The notes under the pieces are model-generated. The model worked only from the letters and a program-made list of their open reading frames with translations, searched no databases and was not told the DNA's origin. A stretch of DNA of 64,000 nucleotides from Mobula hypostoma (lineage: Eukaryota): the NCBI RefSeq assembly GCF_963921235.1, contig NC_086109.1:29452001-29516000 (forward strand), given 5' to 3'. Shown here piece by piece: positions 43,613 through 57,177 of this stretch. Made by a program: the position numbers and the translations under genes. Within the stretch, counting starts at the first letter, position 1; every line of letters starts with the position of its first letter.

Positions 43613-45294
43613 TAATGACGAAACATAAAGTGAGCATTTTATCACGTGGAACAGAAGAGAAGGAAAAGTATTCTTTGTTCAAAATGTTCCAGAACTAGTG
43701 AAAATCTAGAAAGCTTAATATCATGAAGGATTTCAGTTAACCTGTACATCATGTGGCTGTTCATGTCAAACAGCAACAGATCCAGTCAGAATGTCAGTTT
43801 CCAATTTTGTTGTTTTAATTTCTATTCATTGTCATTGTTTTCCTAACAGTTCTTTGCAATTTTTTTTTAGCTGTAGCTGAATTCAATTTCATCCACTAAA
43901 TAAAAGATCACAAGTGTGTCAATTAACAGAAGTTGCCAGGGCTTGCACAGTATCTGTTGAAATTGTGCATATAAATAGCTAACAAGTGTCAAAAATACAC
44001 TCATAGTATTTAATATGACTCTGTGATGTCTTATATTATTGTAAGGTAATTGTTGTAGAATATTGTAGATTTTAGAGTAATTATGAGTGGACCCTTAAAA
44101 TAAATACTGGAGGAAAGGTTTCTCAAAGATAGTGTAGTAAACTGGCAAGATATTAACTTCAGCAGAGTATTTCTGCACTGATTTCTTTATTGACAATAAT
44201 GACAAGAAGAAAATGTCATGAGACTATTATCACCTTGAAGGTCATAAACAAAAGTCATATTCGGATGCTCAGTTTTTGAATCTGTGGGCAAAAGTTAATT
44301 GCCTCATGGGAAATATGATTTGTTAAAACAATGACACACTTTAATGCTTTCTTGAATCACAATATTTTCCTTGTATTTTTATGGGCTGCATAAAACTTAC
44401 TTAAGTGAGTGGAAAAGCTTAAAAAATGGTTCCACTTATGAGTTTGCGTTCTCATGTTTGCCTTTCATCTTGCATGAAATACGTGTTTAATTTGCAGTAA
44501 AAGCACTTTAGGTGGAAAACCAAAACCACAATTTTCTTTTTCTATGATGGCTCAGTACCAATAGATTTTAATGAGGTGCTCCCCCACGTAATATCTTTAA
44601 CAACCTCATGTATTAATCTTCCCACGAGCTGTCATAAGTCGTATTTGGCCTATTTTGTTCCGATACAAATCAAGTTCAATTATTTACTAAGCTTTCACCA
44701 GCAAACTTCTCTGTTAAGATGCATCTATGTGACATCTGAGATTAACAGACCATGAATTCAGCCAGTGTTACCTTGCTCATTCTTGTGTACAGGACACTGT
44801 CAATAATATCAAGTTTTCCTTCCCTTGAAGCGGAAAGTCTGCTTAATTTAAGATTATTATCATCACATCATGGATGTTTAGCACTTGGAGTTTTAAGACA
44901 AAAGCAGTGGGAAGAACAGTAGCCTCTAACTTTCATTTTAAAATCTGTTCTGTTATAGCTGGCTCCTATTTGAAACGCTCCCCTGTTATTTCTATCTACA
45001 TACACTACATTTTAATTAAAAATTCTCCCTCTTTTTGAAGACAGCAAGCTCTCAATATGTCAGTCCCTTGTTCTTCATGTGTGAAGCTGCCTGATAAATA
45101 TTGGCAATCTATTTCTACTTGTCCGTTGTATGTTTATTTTTAGAATATTAATGCTGGCAAGATCATTTTCTTTAAATGAAATTCCTCATGGTGGACTAAA
45201 CATGTTATATGGAAGTGACAACAGAACGAATTCAATGGAATGAATTTCAAAGATAGAATTCAATACACATATTCTGCTTTTCATGCAACCTACC

Positions 45295-45675
45295 AGATAT
45301 AGGTGGCGGGGTGGAGATACGTCTCTACCAAAGGAGGTGTAAGGTGCTCCTTCCCTCCGCTGGCCTGCAGGTCACCCTTGGGCAAGGTGGAGCACCTGCT
45401 TAGCCCCCTGATCAGGGTTACTGAAGCCATGGTAGCAGGTGGTGGATGCTCGAAAGAGTAGCTGTTGCATGTCTCAAGTCCTGGTAATGCGACCACTGAT
45501 GCCAGGCAGACATTCTTTGAAGAGTATTCATAATGGCTGGGTTCACCCGCCTTGTAAAGGCACTGCCCAGAAGAAGGCAATGGCAAACTACTGTAGAAAA
45601 ATTTGCCAAGAACAATCATGGTCATGGAAAGAACATAATCACCTATGTCATACAAAGTGGCATAGAATGATGAAG
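45295..45675 (+). mobile_element. Probable non-autonomous RTE-related element
   Basis: GC-rich structured 5' part and 3' AAGGCAATGGCAAACTACT...ATGATGA tail typical of RTE-mobilised elements. Confidence 0.5.
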
Positions 45676-48379
45676 ACTAGAGATGAATTTTTAGATACTC
45701 GTCTGTTTGCCACCCCTGGATGCTTAGAGGAATTGTATCAAGAGCCTTCCCCTTGATACTTCATGGTCATTGTTATGACAGTGCGCCCCAACAGTATAGG
45801 AGAAGGAATTTAAGGATGTTGACTCATAGCTTGAAAAAGACCTTGAACCTGATGATACTCTCATGATATTTGTCAGTTTTTCATTTTGGGCAGTTAAAAT
45901 CGATCGGGGAATGATTCAGATTCAGATTGAAATTCATTTATTTATCACACGTACATCAAAACATGTGGCGAAATGCACTGTTTGTGTTAACAACAGCACA
46001 ACCTAAGGATGTGCAGGGGGCAGCCCGTAAGTGTTGTCACACATTCCAGCACTAACATAGCATGCCCACGATGCTCAGCAGAACACAACTAAACAAAACC
46101 CACAAGCAGCAAAACAAGGACAGTAAAACAAGCACCATTTCCCCTTCCCACCCGCCCCCACAAACAAACAGTCCTCTAACCCCTAGACAGGTGTCTGGGC
46201 TTCCAGCCTGCAGGCTTTGGCCATTGGGCTTGTACTTTTGAAGGACTGTTGAAGTCATCTTGTTGAGGTAATGTGGTGCACCTATCATCGTGCTGTGCCC
46301 CGTGAAAGGGGAGGAGAATGTTGTTTCAGTGACTGTGCTGTGCAGTGTTTGCTTTGTCTGATATTGAACTTGAGTGTTACTGCATCTGCACCCATCAGTG
46401 TGAATGTAGAGCAATCCATCACACTCTCGAAGTTTTTGATAGATCCGAATCACAACACATGTTGCAGTAGCCATCACAGGATTAGAACTATAATGCTGGA
46501 ATGACACCTACTTTTCTTCCCCTTTCCCTCACTATAATGCCAGCATCTGTCCAAGATAATAGGAATCAGCACAGTTCAGGACAAAACCTAATCTTTCACT
46601 GCACTGTTTTACAGCACCTGGGATGCATACCTATGGAGACTTAAGTTGAGTTCCGTACCCTATACAAGCCTATTGGAGAGTATATGTTTTATCTTACTAA
46701 ACGCCCTTTATAGCACTTTAACAAAGCATAAATTTTAACAATTTGGACTGAATTTTTGAAAATTTTATTTAGATTGCCTCATGAATCACTTACACACTGT
46801 AACACTACCACCCTGCCCTCAGTTTCCTCACGTTCCCTTTATGCCGCTTTCCAAGCCAATGTCATTCTGATTCAGATAAGAGACCCTTGAGAGTATAGAA
46901 TAGTCAGTAACGTAGATGCTTATTAATGTTTACTGTTAAACACAGTGGGTGAAGATATAAATAACTAAAAGTTAACATTAAACAGTTTTTTTTGTTACCG
47001 ACAATTGACTTTCAATATTACCCTCAGTGCAGGTGTGACCAGAACGTGCAGAGTACTACTTCTGCTGATATCAATAACTTATTCCAGCTATAAATATCTC
47101 TGAACACATCTATTCATTGATGAGGTCCTTTACAGTAATTGATGAATAAAGACAGCGATTATTTGCAAAAGAGTTTTTTGCCTGCTACACTTCCACTTTG
47201 GTTCTTAAAAGGTAATTCATTTTCTTTTATTAAAATTTACCAGAAAATGGTTATCCACGCACTTTAAGGAACTCTAAGCTCACACTTTAATTTTTTTTTA
47301 GACTTTGTTTTGAAACCTAACATGAATTATTCATTCGTTTCACATCCTGTTTATACAATTTTCTGAAGAAGGGTATTTTCTGAACATTATTATTAATAGC
47401 TTAATTCAAAGCTACCTGTTAAGTTTGATATAACATACCCCTTGGCGCTACTCAAAGAATAATGTAAGTTCTTCCAGTGTCAGAGTTAATGCTCATCCCT
47501 CACTTACTGATGAACTGTGTATCTATTACATTTGGGATTTGCAAAATTTTGTTGCATGAAAATTGGTGTCTACTTTGCCTACATAAAAAAAAGACTGATT
47601 ACACTTGAAAAGTACTTCACCAACTTAGAATTACTTCAGGACATCTCGAAATCATGAAACATCGTAACCAATTACAAATAATTTCAGTACATCAAGAGCT
47701 TCAACATAAAAATGTTTTGGTGGAGAAAATCCAACAGCTCGTATGTGTAGAGTTGAGAAGAAAGGGTGGTGGTGATGAAAGAGGTGGGCTAGCAACGGCT
47801 TTATCTTTTTCCATCAAATTTGTTTTTAACCACTTTCTTTCATTTCTTCACTTCTGAAGCCATTGACGCTTGACAGAGAAAAAAAATTCCATTGGTTTTG
47901 GGCACTTTTCAATACTTACTCTAGATACCAACAGTGATACATGACTCATGATAGCAACTGTTCGCAAGTTCTTCAGTTACTACAATTCAGAAAAACAATG
48001 AAGTGTCTCAAGGATGATTTCATATCTATCTTTATTTCACTTTATATCTGTGCATACCCATTTATAGCATTTCTTGCCAGAGAGTTCAGGACTGGGAATT
48101 TGTGTATTTTACACTTTCCTAAGCCATAAGCATTGAAGTTCATTGCAACATTATAGGAATGTTAAAATTACTTTTCTCAACTTGGGGAATGAGTCCAGGA
48201 CTTTATTACATCTTAGGTCAGCTCATTAATGTATAAATAAAATTTCAAAGGTAAGGATTGTGTTAATATTACGCTAAAGTTACACTGTGTGTGTCTTACT
48301 TCCATTTAATTTACAGAACTCTCCATCAGGATTGCTCTTCAATCTGGATTGTTTATATTCAGTAAACACTAAAACATGC

Positions 48380-48660
48380 CTAGCTAGAGTAGACGTGGAG
48401 AGGATGTTTTCTGTTTAGGTGGAGTCTAGGGTGATGAATTTATGGAATTCATTGCCACAGCTGCTTATGGAGGCCAAGTCACTGGTTAAATTTAAAGCGG
48501 AGGTTGATAAATCCTTGATGCATAACAGCATCAAAGCTTATGGGAGAAGCAGGACAGTAGCTTTGAGAGGGATCATAAATCAGCCATGATGAAATAGTGG
48601 AGCAGATTCAACGGGCAGAATGTCCAAATTCTGCTCCTGTGTCTTTTGTCTTATGCTAAA
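48380..48660 (+). mobile_element. CR1 3' end fragment
   Basis: AGAGTAGACGTGGAGAGGATGTTT...GTGATGAATTTATGGAATTCATTGCC...AATTCTGCTCCT tail. Confidence 0.7.
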
Positions 48661-48974
48661 GTATGCAATTCAGTCAACTTTTAAAAAGAGAAGAATGCAG
48701 AGTTACAATGTATTAGGTTGCTGCTACCAAAAGGTTTGTTTGATAAGCTGATACGCTCTGTACAATTGGCTCACAAATTAGCACACCTAAATAACCGAGA
48801 CTTCATCAGTTATAAACCTGCTGGATAACGGGCAGTAGTTGAAGCTTGAAAAAATGAATTGTTTCATTTGTCAATTGAATGAAAATTATTTTCAGCGGCG
48901 AGTGATTTTCCATAAGATTATATTCAGCTCTGTTCAGTCTCCAAGTGTAATTTGAAGCTTCCAGTCATCTTTGA

Positions 48975-49960
48975 TTTCAGAATCAGAATCAAGTTTAATA
49001 TACTGACATAGGTCATGAAATTTGTTGTTTTGTGACAGCAATACAGTGCAATACACAAAAATACTGTAGATTAGATATATATACATGTAGTGCAAAGAGG
49101 GCAAAGATATTGAGGTGGAGTTCATGGGTTGGATCATGGTCTGATCAGAAATCAGATGGCAGAGGGGAATAAGCTTTTCTAAAATGTTGAGCCTGAGTCT
49201 TCAGGTTCCTTTACTTCTTCTCTAATGGTAGTAATAAGAAGAGAGCATGTCCTGGGTGATGGGAATCCTTAACGATGGATGCCCCCTCTTTGAGGCATCA
49301 CCTTTTGAAAATGTCCTCAGTGTCGGCGAGGATAGTGCCCATGCTGGAGCTGGCTGAGTTTTCAACCCTCTGCAGCTTTTTCCGATCCTGTGCAATGGCC
49401 CCTCCATGCCAGATGGTGATGCAACCAGTTAGATCACTCTCTGCTGTACGTCTGTAGAAATTTGCTGGAGTCTTTTGTGTCATACCAGACTTCCTCAAAT
49501 TCCAAAGGAAATATAGCCACTGCTGTGCCTCTGCATAACGCATCAATATGCTGGGCTCAGGACAGATCTTCAGAGATGAACTTGAAACTGCTCATACCTT
49601 TCAATTCTGATCGTTCAGTGAAGACTGGTTTGTATTCCCTCCACTTCCCTTTCCTGAAGTCCACAATCAATTCCTTGATCTTACTGATGTTGTGGCACCA
49701 CTCAACCAGCTGATCTATCGCAGTCCTGTAAGTCTCCACATTGCCTTCTGAGATTCTGCCAACAACAGTTATGTCATTAGCGAATTTATAACGGGTGTTT
49801 GAGCTGTGCCTAGCCACATAGTCATGGGTGTAGAGAGAGTAGAGTAGTGGGCTGAGCATGTATCATTGACATGTGTCAGTGTTGATTTTCAGCAAGGAAA
49901 TGTTATTTCCAATCCACACAGACTATGATTTCCTGATGACGAAGTCTAGCATCCACTTGT
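48975..49960 (-). mobile_element. Rex1/Babar LINE fragment
   Basis: [39 protein letters not shown]; (GAATCA)n tail at 48979. Confidence 0.85.
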
Positions 49961-51159
49961 GGAGTTTCATTGTGACAGTGTAGGAAATCAGGAACAGAAA
50001 GGGTAAGAGAGGGATTGGGATGGTGAATTAAAGATAACCAGAAGTTCAAGGGAATGTAGGTACTCATCAAATTGATCACCCTATCTTCGTTTGGTTTTCC
50101 AAAGGACACCTTATTGTGAACATTTAATGCAATACACTGGATGAATTGCAACAAGTTTCTGTATCATTTGAAAATTATTTGGGTGCCATTGAAGATGAAA
50201 AACCTGGTACAATAACTCCCATGCTTACATAGGAAAGCACAATAAGACAGGGGCTGAATAGGGAGAATGGAAGAGTACACTGGAGTCTCAGCCAAGGGCA
50301 CAATCTCTTCATAATATTGTAAAGAGAGGGGATTATAAAGTTTCTTTTCATGCCCCATTGCTACTTGCTTTCACCTTTCCTTATCTTCCCCCTCATCCTT
50401 AATCTATCTTGCATTTTGCTCTGACATATACATCCACATTTGATTTTTCCTCCCCTTCTCCCTTTTGCTCTAAGTAAAAATGCTGACCTTTAATCTTTCC
50501 TTCTTTTTCTTTCTGCAAATGTTACCTGACGTGTTGAGAATGTTGAGCATCTTCTGCTTTTATTTCGATCTTCTGCCATGATTTGATCTTTCTGCAAACT
50601 TTCAGCTTTTGCTGAATTTACTTTCCAACTTGTGGGTTCGAGTTATGTACATTCCGCATGTCAATTTCATCAGTCCCTTTTTCCCACTCTTTCTAAACCA
50701 TTACATCAGAGGAGAAAGAACGGGAATTGTTCTCACCTTCCTCCTTTTTACTTTTTTAAGATAGTGCTGAGCAAGATATTTGTCTTGTCACAATCTTTCT
50801 TTTTCTCTTCAGATTTTGGGCTTTCTCATCAGTATCTAATCCATGAAATTATGGTCTTGAGTGCAGAAACCAGAGCTCGTCTTGAACTGGTCACACAGAG
50901 ACTGCATAATTCTACTTTAAATGATTACTTAATGCATGCATTACTAAATGACAATAAAAGAGGACTACGTGTCCTCATAATCTAAATTATTTTCAGTTGA
51001 TTTTTAATGGAGTTGCAACAGTTACTTTACAACTTTTTTTTCAAATTTTATTCCTAGAAAAATTTTTAACCCCGAACCCTTGAGTCAGTGTTGGAATTAA
51101 GTAAATCATAACTTACAAAACATAAATTATCCATAAAATAAAAACAAACATGGCAGAAA

Positions 51160-51468
51160 TAAGTCAGGCATCTGTTCGTCTTGTGAGACCATGGATCTGC
51201 CCCTGGAAAGTCTTCACTCTCCAGGGCGCAGGCCTGGGCAAGGTTGTAGGGAAGACCGGCAGTTGCCCATGCTGCAAGTCTCCCCTCTCCATGACACCAA
51301 TGTTGTCCAAGGGAAGGGAACTAGGACCAATACAGCTTGGCACCAGTGTCGTCACAGAGTAATGTGTGATTAAGTGCCTTGCTCAACACAACACGTCGCC
51401 TCGGCTGAGGCTCGAACTCACGACCTTCAGGTCGTTAGTCGAATGCCTAAACCACTTGGCCACATGCC
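51160..51468 (-). mobile_element. tRNA-derived SINE with RTE-like 3' tail
   Basis: Minus strand A box TGGCCAAGTGG and B box GAGTTCGAGCC, followed by the TTGAGCAAGGCACTTAA central domain. Confidence 0.75.
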
Positions 51469-51619
51469 CACACACAGAAATAAATATCAATATAATAACC
51501 ATGTGTGTCTATTTAGACCTCTAATAACAGAAAAGGCTGCCATTCAGCAATATGCTTCACCACTACATTCACCACAATCCCCCCCCCCCAGGAAACCTAA
51601 ATATTTGTCCCATTTTTGT

Positions 51620-53310
51620 GTATAGATGTTCAATCTATCAAACTGCCCTTCTGTCTAGCTTTGGAGCCCTTGGCAGCAGCTATCAGAGAGAATGAGAACT
51701 TTCTCTCTGATAGGGATATCTGAGGGAGGACAGGTTCATAGACTGATGCTTTATGCGGTGATATTTTAATATTTGTGTCGGACCCTAGCTGGTCGGTGCC
51801 ATGTCCTTTTAACATTATCAAGTCTTACTCTAGATTCTCAGGTTATAAGGTTAATTGGACAAAATCAGAAGCACTACCGACGACTGCATATTGCCCTGCA
51901 TCTGCTTTTCACCTAGCTCGATTTCACTGGCCAAAGAAGGGTATACATTATTTAGGTATTAACTTCTCCCCTCAGTTGAAGGATTTAGTAAAGGTAAATT
52001 TTGATCCATTATTGCAGAGAATTTCATGTGACATAGATAGATGGTCATCATTGTATTTGTCAATGTCGGGAAAAGTAAATGCCTTAAAGATGAATAGCAT
52101 TCCAAAGATTAATCATCTGTCCCAATCATTACCAGTGCAAATCCCATCAACATATTTTAAGCAATTTGATAAAAAAAATTAAGGCTTTTATTTGGAATGG
52201 TAAACACCCATGCTTAAACTTTAACAAATTACAATTCCCAGTTGAAGGCGGGGGGGGGGGGCTTAGGTTTGCCGGAGTTAATATATTATTACTATGCCTT
52301 TACTCTTAAACATTTAGCACACTGGTCTCTCCCTCCGGAGGGAGCGCCTCCTTGGTATCTTATTGAGTGTTCTGCTCTTCCTCCCATCCCTCCATTACAA
52401 TGTTTGTCTATCGAGTTACCTCTTGAGGTAAGGCCTCACCCAATTATATCACATATGCATTTGTTCTGGAATAAAATGGTCAGATTATTCAAATTTAATG
52501 CATATTTGAATGAAGCCTCGAGTATCTGGATGAATCCAAAGTTGTGTACTGATAAATTCCCTTACTTCTGGAGGGAATGGAAAGGGAAAAGTATAATTAA
52601 ATTGGGAGACCTTTATAATGGTGATAGTTTAAAATCTTTTAATCATTTAATCCAACAGTATGATATCTCTAGGTCACAATTTTGGAGATATCTTCAACTG
52701 CGTCACTTGCTACATACAACTTTTGGTTCTACACAGCAACCCTCACAAGTTAAGGTCACAAAGCTTCAACTTATTATTCTGCTTTAACACAAATCTCCGG
52801 CGTCAAAATTCTGTTGGGTCTTAAAAGAGCATGGGAAAAAGACCTGAGTGTGACTTTTGCGACAAAAGAGTGGGATAAAACTTGCAAAAACGTCAAAACA
52901 GTGTCAAGAGACCAGAGGGTGCGCCTTATTCAGTTTAGGATCCTACACCGTTTCTATTGGACTCCAGCAAGGTGACAGAGATCAGGATTGAAAAACACCC
53001 CTGAATGCTGGCGCTGTGAGGCAGATAAAGGGAGTACATGCACTCTGGTCCTGTCCCAGAATTCAAGAATTTTGGATTATGATACATAAGTATATTGGTG
53101 AAGTTTCAGGTATTCAACTCCCTTTCTGCCCTGGACCTTTTGTCTTGGGAGACACGCTTGGGTTACTTGGGGATAAACACTCTCAAAATTGGATCCAGAG
53201 AAGTATAATGGTAGGAAGACAAATTATACTTAGAGGCTGGAGGAACTTGGGGGACCATCATTTCAGGAGTGGGTCACAGAAATAGCCAAAGTGACAGCTT
53301 TTGAACACAT
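51620..53310 (+). mobile_element. L1/Tx1-clade LINE ORF2 remnant (RT and C-terminal Zn region), frameshifted
   Basis: FSGYKVNWTKSE, IHYLGINF, GKVNALKMNSIPK, GGGLGLP, FWRYLQLRH, HALWSCPRIQEFW. Confidence 0.85.
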
Positions 53311-54424
53311 GAATTACTTTACTATATTGAATAATATTCAAATTTTCAATGGCAGTTTTTTAAAACTAGGCAGGAAATGAGCAATATCTGTAACTAAACT
53401 GAATGAACGTTGCTATCAATGTGAAAATTCTGTAGCTAAGTATAAATGACGCTGAGAAAATGCTCATTAGAAACTAATATGCAAACTTTGTTTTTGGTGT
53501 ATTCTGAACTAAATAAAATATCTCTAGATCACCAGATAAAATCTACTTTCCAGCCAGTGTTTCAAATACTTGAACACAGATAAGAGTTAACCCACTTTAC
53601 CCATAAAACCGTTGTGTATTCTATGGTATTTTGAAGACAGTAAACTATATTCAGATTTGAATGAAAACCTTTATAGATGTTATATCAACATTTCTTTTCT
53701 CTGTTCAAGTATATTCTCTGCTCAAGTATATTCACTCTCCTGCTTTCTTGTCACAAAACAAAAATTCCTGTTTGAAGGCTGGTGAGAAGGTTAGCAGTGA
53801 AGACAGGGATCAACAGTCACACAGCGCTTTATGACCCTTTCGTATGCAGTGATGGGATATCCCTCCTGCTGCTAAATTCATCTCCAGCTGCCTGAAGTTA
53901 AAAGATGACATTAGCTGGAGCGTTTAGCTCCAAAAGCAACACTGGTAATAAACCAACATTGCCCACCGCCAAAATTTGCCTATTCTGTTCACATCTTGCA
54001 TGCATTCCTTAACAGAGCTTGATATGTATTCAAATTCTGCAAGGCACCTTCCGTATGTGGTAAGTTACATCATGAGAGAGCGACATGTAAACCACCAAGC
54101 CTTCCTCAGTATCTTTTTAAAAAATAAATTCCCTCCCATTTTTACATCATTCTTAATTATCATTATTTACTTTCTATTTTAGATGTCATCAGGATTTTGT
54201 TCTTAGTAAATTTTCTTACTTTCCTTCTTTCTTTGTCTCTTTTGTCCCGTTGTGTATTCAACATTATATTGCAACTCATTCAGGTAGACTTTATTCATTT
54301 ATTAACACCTGATCTCATCCTTCACTCCCAGTACCCACAATCACATGCACTATTACATGGGGTCAGAGGAGGCAAGCAGGAATTCAGGACAATTTAACTT
54401 GTGTTACTTTCTCTGGCGTGGTGG

Positions 54425-54667
54425 ACGTTGATCGGTCGAAAGTTGAGGGAAGACCTAATAGGACAGAGTTTGAGGAGAGACCTGATAGAGTGGAGGTTGA
54501 GGGAAGACCTGATAGGGCAGAGGTTGAGGGAAGACCTGATAGGGCAGAGGTTGAGGGGAGCCCTGATAGAGTGGAGGTTGAGGGGAGCCTTGATAGAATG
54601 GAGGTTCAGGGGAGATCTGATAGGGCGGAGATTGAGGGGAGACCTGTTAGAGCAGAGGTTGAGGGGA
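54425..54667 (+). repeat. 27-bp minisatellite (~9 units) derived from a CR1 ORF2 motif
   Basis: Unit ~GAGGTTGAGGGGAGACCTGATAGGGCA, translating to RLRGDLIGQ / RLRGALIEW. Confidence 0.9.
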
Positions 54668-54827
54668 CACACATCAAAGTTGCTGGTGAACGCAGCAGGC
54701 CAGGCAGCATCTCTAGGAAGAGGTACAGTCGACATTTCAGGCCGAGACCCTTTGCCAGGTGTTGCGTTCACCAGCAACCTTGATGTGTGTTGCTTGAATT
54801 TCCAGCATCTGCAGAATTCCTGTTGTT
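54668..54827. mobile_element. Foldback Penelope-derived element inserted in the minisatellite
   Basis: Inverted arms CACACATCAAAGTTGCTGGTGAACGCAGCA / TGTTGCGTTCACCAGCAACCTTGATGTGTG; flanked by AGAGGTTGAGGGGA at 54654-54667 and 54828-54841. Confidence 0.8.
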
Positions 54828-55180
54828 AGAGGTTGAGGGGAGATGTGATAGTTTTTTAAGATTATGAGAGCATAGAAAGAATAGACAGCTGGTATCTTTT
54901 TCCTAGAACTGAATTATCTAATATCAGAAGGCACGTATTCCAGGCAAGATGAAGTAAGTTCAAAAGCTATGTGTAGGCCAATTTTATTTTACACAGAGAG
55001 TGTTGGTGCCTAGTCTGAGCTATCAGGGGTGGTAGTAGAGGCAAATATGCTAGAAGCGGTTAAGAGGCAGAGGGAATGGAGGGATACGAACATTATGTTG
55101 ACATATTGGTATAATTAGGCATTTAACTATTAGTTAAGTACAGTATACCTGTGTTGTACTGTTCTATGTTCCATGTTCTT
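54828..55180 (+). mobile_element. CR1 3' end (continuation after the minisatellite and insert)
   Basis: RLRGDVIVF..IMR remnant, TTTTACACAGAGAGTG, CTGTGTTGTACTGTTCTATGTTC tail. Confidence 0.7.
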
Positions 55181-55249
55181 GTTACTATTAGGTTTTCACT
55201 AGCTTAACCAACCTCTCCCTCCTCCTAAATCAGTTTGAAATAAACATTT

Positions 55250-55462
55250 ACAAGTGAAAATCTGCAGATGCTGGAAATCAAAGTAACACACACAAAATGC
55301 TGGAGGAACTCAGCAGGCCAGGCATTATCAATGGGAAAGAGTATCAGATGAAATATGAGGGAAAAGAGTATCAGAAATCAAATGAAGGGTCCCGGCCCAA
55401 AACGGCAACTGTTTTTTCTCTTTTCCATAGATGCTGCCTGTCCTGCATTCTGTGTGTGTTCC
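55250..55462. mobile_element. Foldback Penelope-derived element
   Basis: TCTGCAGATGCTGGAAAT...ACACACAAAATGCTGGAGGAACTCAGCAGGCCAGGCA followed by the inverted ATGAAGGGTCCCGGCCCAAAACG...GATGCTGCCTG...TGTGTGTGTT. Confidence 0.7.
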
Positions 55463-57177
55463 TGAAATAAACACTTGATGGTCTGCGTGGATCAACTGTA
55501 TGTTGCCTAAATGACTTTTTATTGGTTCACATCGTACCAGGAGACTTCCATGTTCCCCATGAGAATTTATAACACAGTTTAATAGCCATTTTTCCATGTG
55601 AAGTTATGATTAGTTGATTAATGGAATTATTTATCCATTCTTTTGCTTTAGCAAATAGTGTTCCAACATTTACAAACATAAAATTCCATCTGGATAATAA
55701 AACAGTTAGTTGAAAGCAGAATGCATTTTAAAATTCAATTAGTCATTAACCCTATCTTCATCCCTCAAGAGAAACATTTATCATGCAAAAGGAGAGTAAT
55801 TAACTTGATGCCATCTGGACTTATATACTTCAAAATAAATTAATTATACAGAGAAGAGCCAGATGGATTGTCATATTCTTAAGAGTTGTAAATTAACATT
55901 TCAAATCAGGTTATGGATTAAATATTCACAACGTTTATAAATTTTTGCTTCTGAGAGAGAAGCAAATTGTACTGTCACAGGAAGTAATAACATAGGCAGA
56001 ACTGTGAGATGGTACTGAAAGAAATACAACTTATTTTCCCTCTCCCACTTCATTAGGAGTTTCTCCTGAGGGGACAGGTGCTAGAGGGTAATATTAGAAG
56101 CACAACAGGTGCCAACAAGCACCCTCAGTAATTCACTGTTCTTCACCAGAAAGTAAGACGTTGCAGAGTCTTTTTTACTGTGAAGATCTAACCTGACATT
56201 ATTCCCATCCATGTCCTCACATACAAACTTTGAGTCACAATTTGCACCCGGACGTCTGTTTGATTTTGTCTCTCCCTCTCTAAACTTGGGAAACTAAGAC
56301 AAGTTGTTCTTTTGCTGGTTTTAGGATCAGTTAACTTAAAGCACGTGGGAAGTGAAACCTGGCACTCTCTGGCAAGAATGGTTTACCTCTACAGTTAGCA
56401 GTACTTTTATATACAAGGCCAAATAGGGCAGCTCCTAAAATCCAGGCTACATAAATAATTCATGTTTTGTAATTCTTATATTACTCAACATGTTAGAGCT
56501 TTTATTTATTTCAGTTGCTGGTTATTTGCTGGTTTTGCATTTCTTCCATGGTGCTTTAATGTAAGTACTCTGTTTTCATGGGACCACATTAAGGGTATTT
56601 TTTTCCATGTATGAAGCACAGCAATGTTAGCAATAAATATGACAATAAAAATATGTAGCTGCTGCTGCTGAATCTGAATTTTTTAACTAATTTTTCCAAG
56701 GCATACTGGTTAAAATGTGGTTTCTTTCATGCAGTGCTGTGCTGTGAGGATCCCCTCCACTACCACATTTAGCTCATGATCAGAAAATGAAAGCCCCCGT
56801 TCCAAGAAGTGTGATGTGACTTTGAGTGAGCCAGACAGGGACTGAAGATGAAGATGTAACAGGTCTTCTTTCAGCACAACAAGCAGACACACAAGGAAGA
56901 TATGATGCTAGAAAAGACATGATACTAGAATGTCTTGGGAAGTCTCTTGGAAGAATGTCAATGTAGATGGAGTCTTACTATTCTTTAACAGCAAATATAA
57001 CAGCGGAGGGTTGAATACAATTCCAATAATTACAATTGTATAGTTTACTTTCGACAATTGGTTCTATTGAATTAGATATCTACAATGGGAGCTAACATCA
57101 AGTGACAAGACCACCTCTGAATATTCAAACATCTTTTCTGGGAATCTTGACATATAAAATGAACTTATTTTTCCATT

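Noticed and set aside
51390..51468. tRNA gene
   Set aside because: A and B boxes are present, but it continues into a SINE body and lacks a full cloverleaf and terminator; it is a SINE head.
54394..54829. Repeat-protein ORFs or CRISPR-like array
   Set aside because: Head-to-tail 27-bp units without unique spacers, derived from CR1; eukaryotic context with no cas genes.
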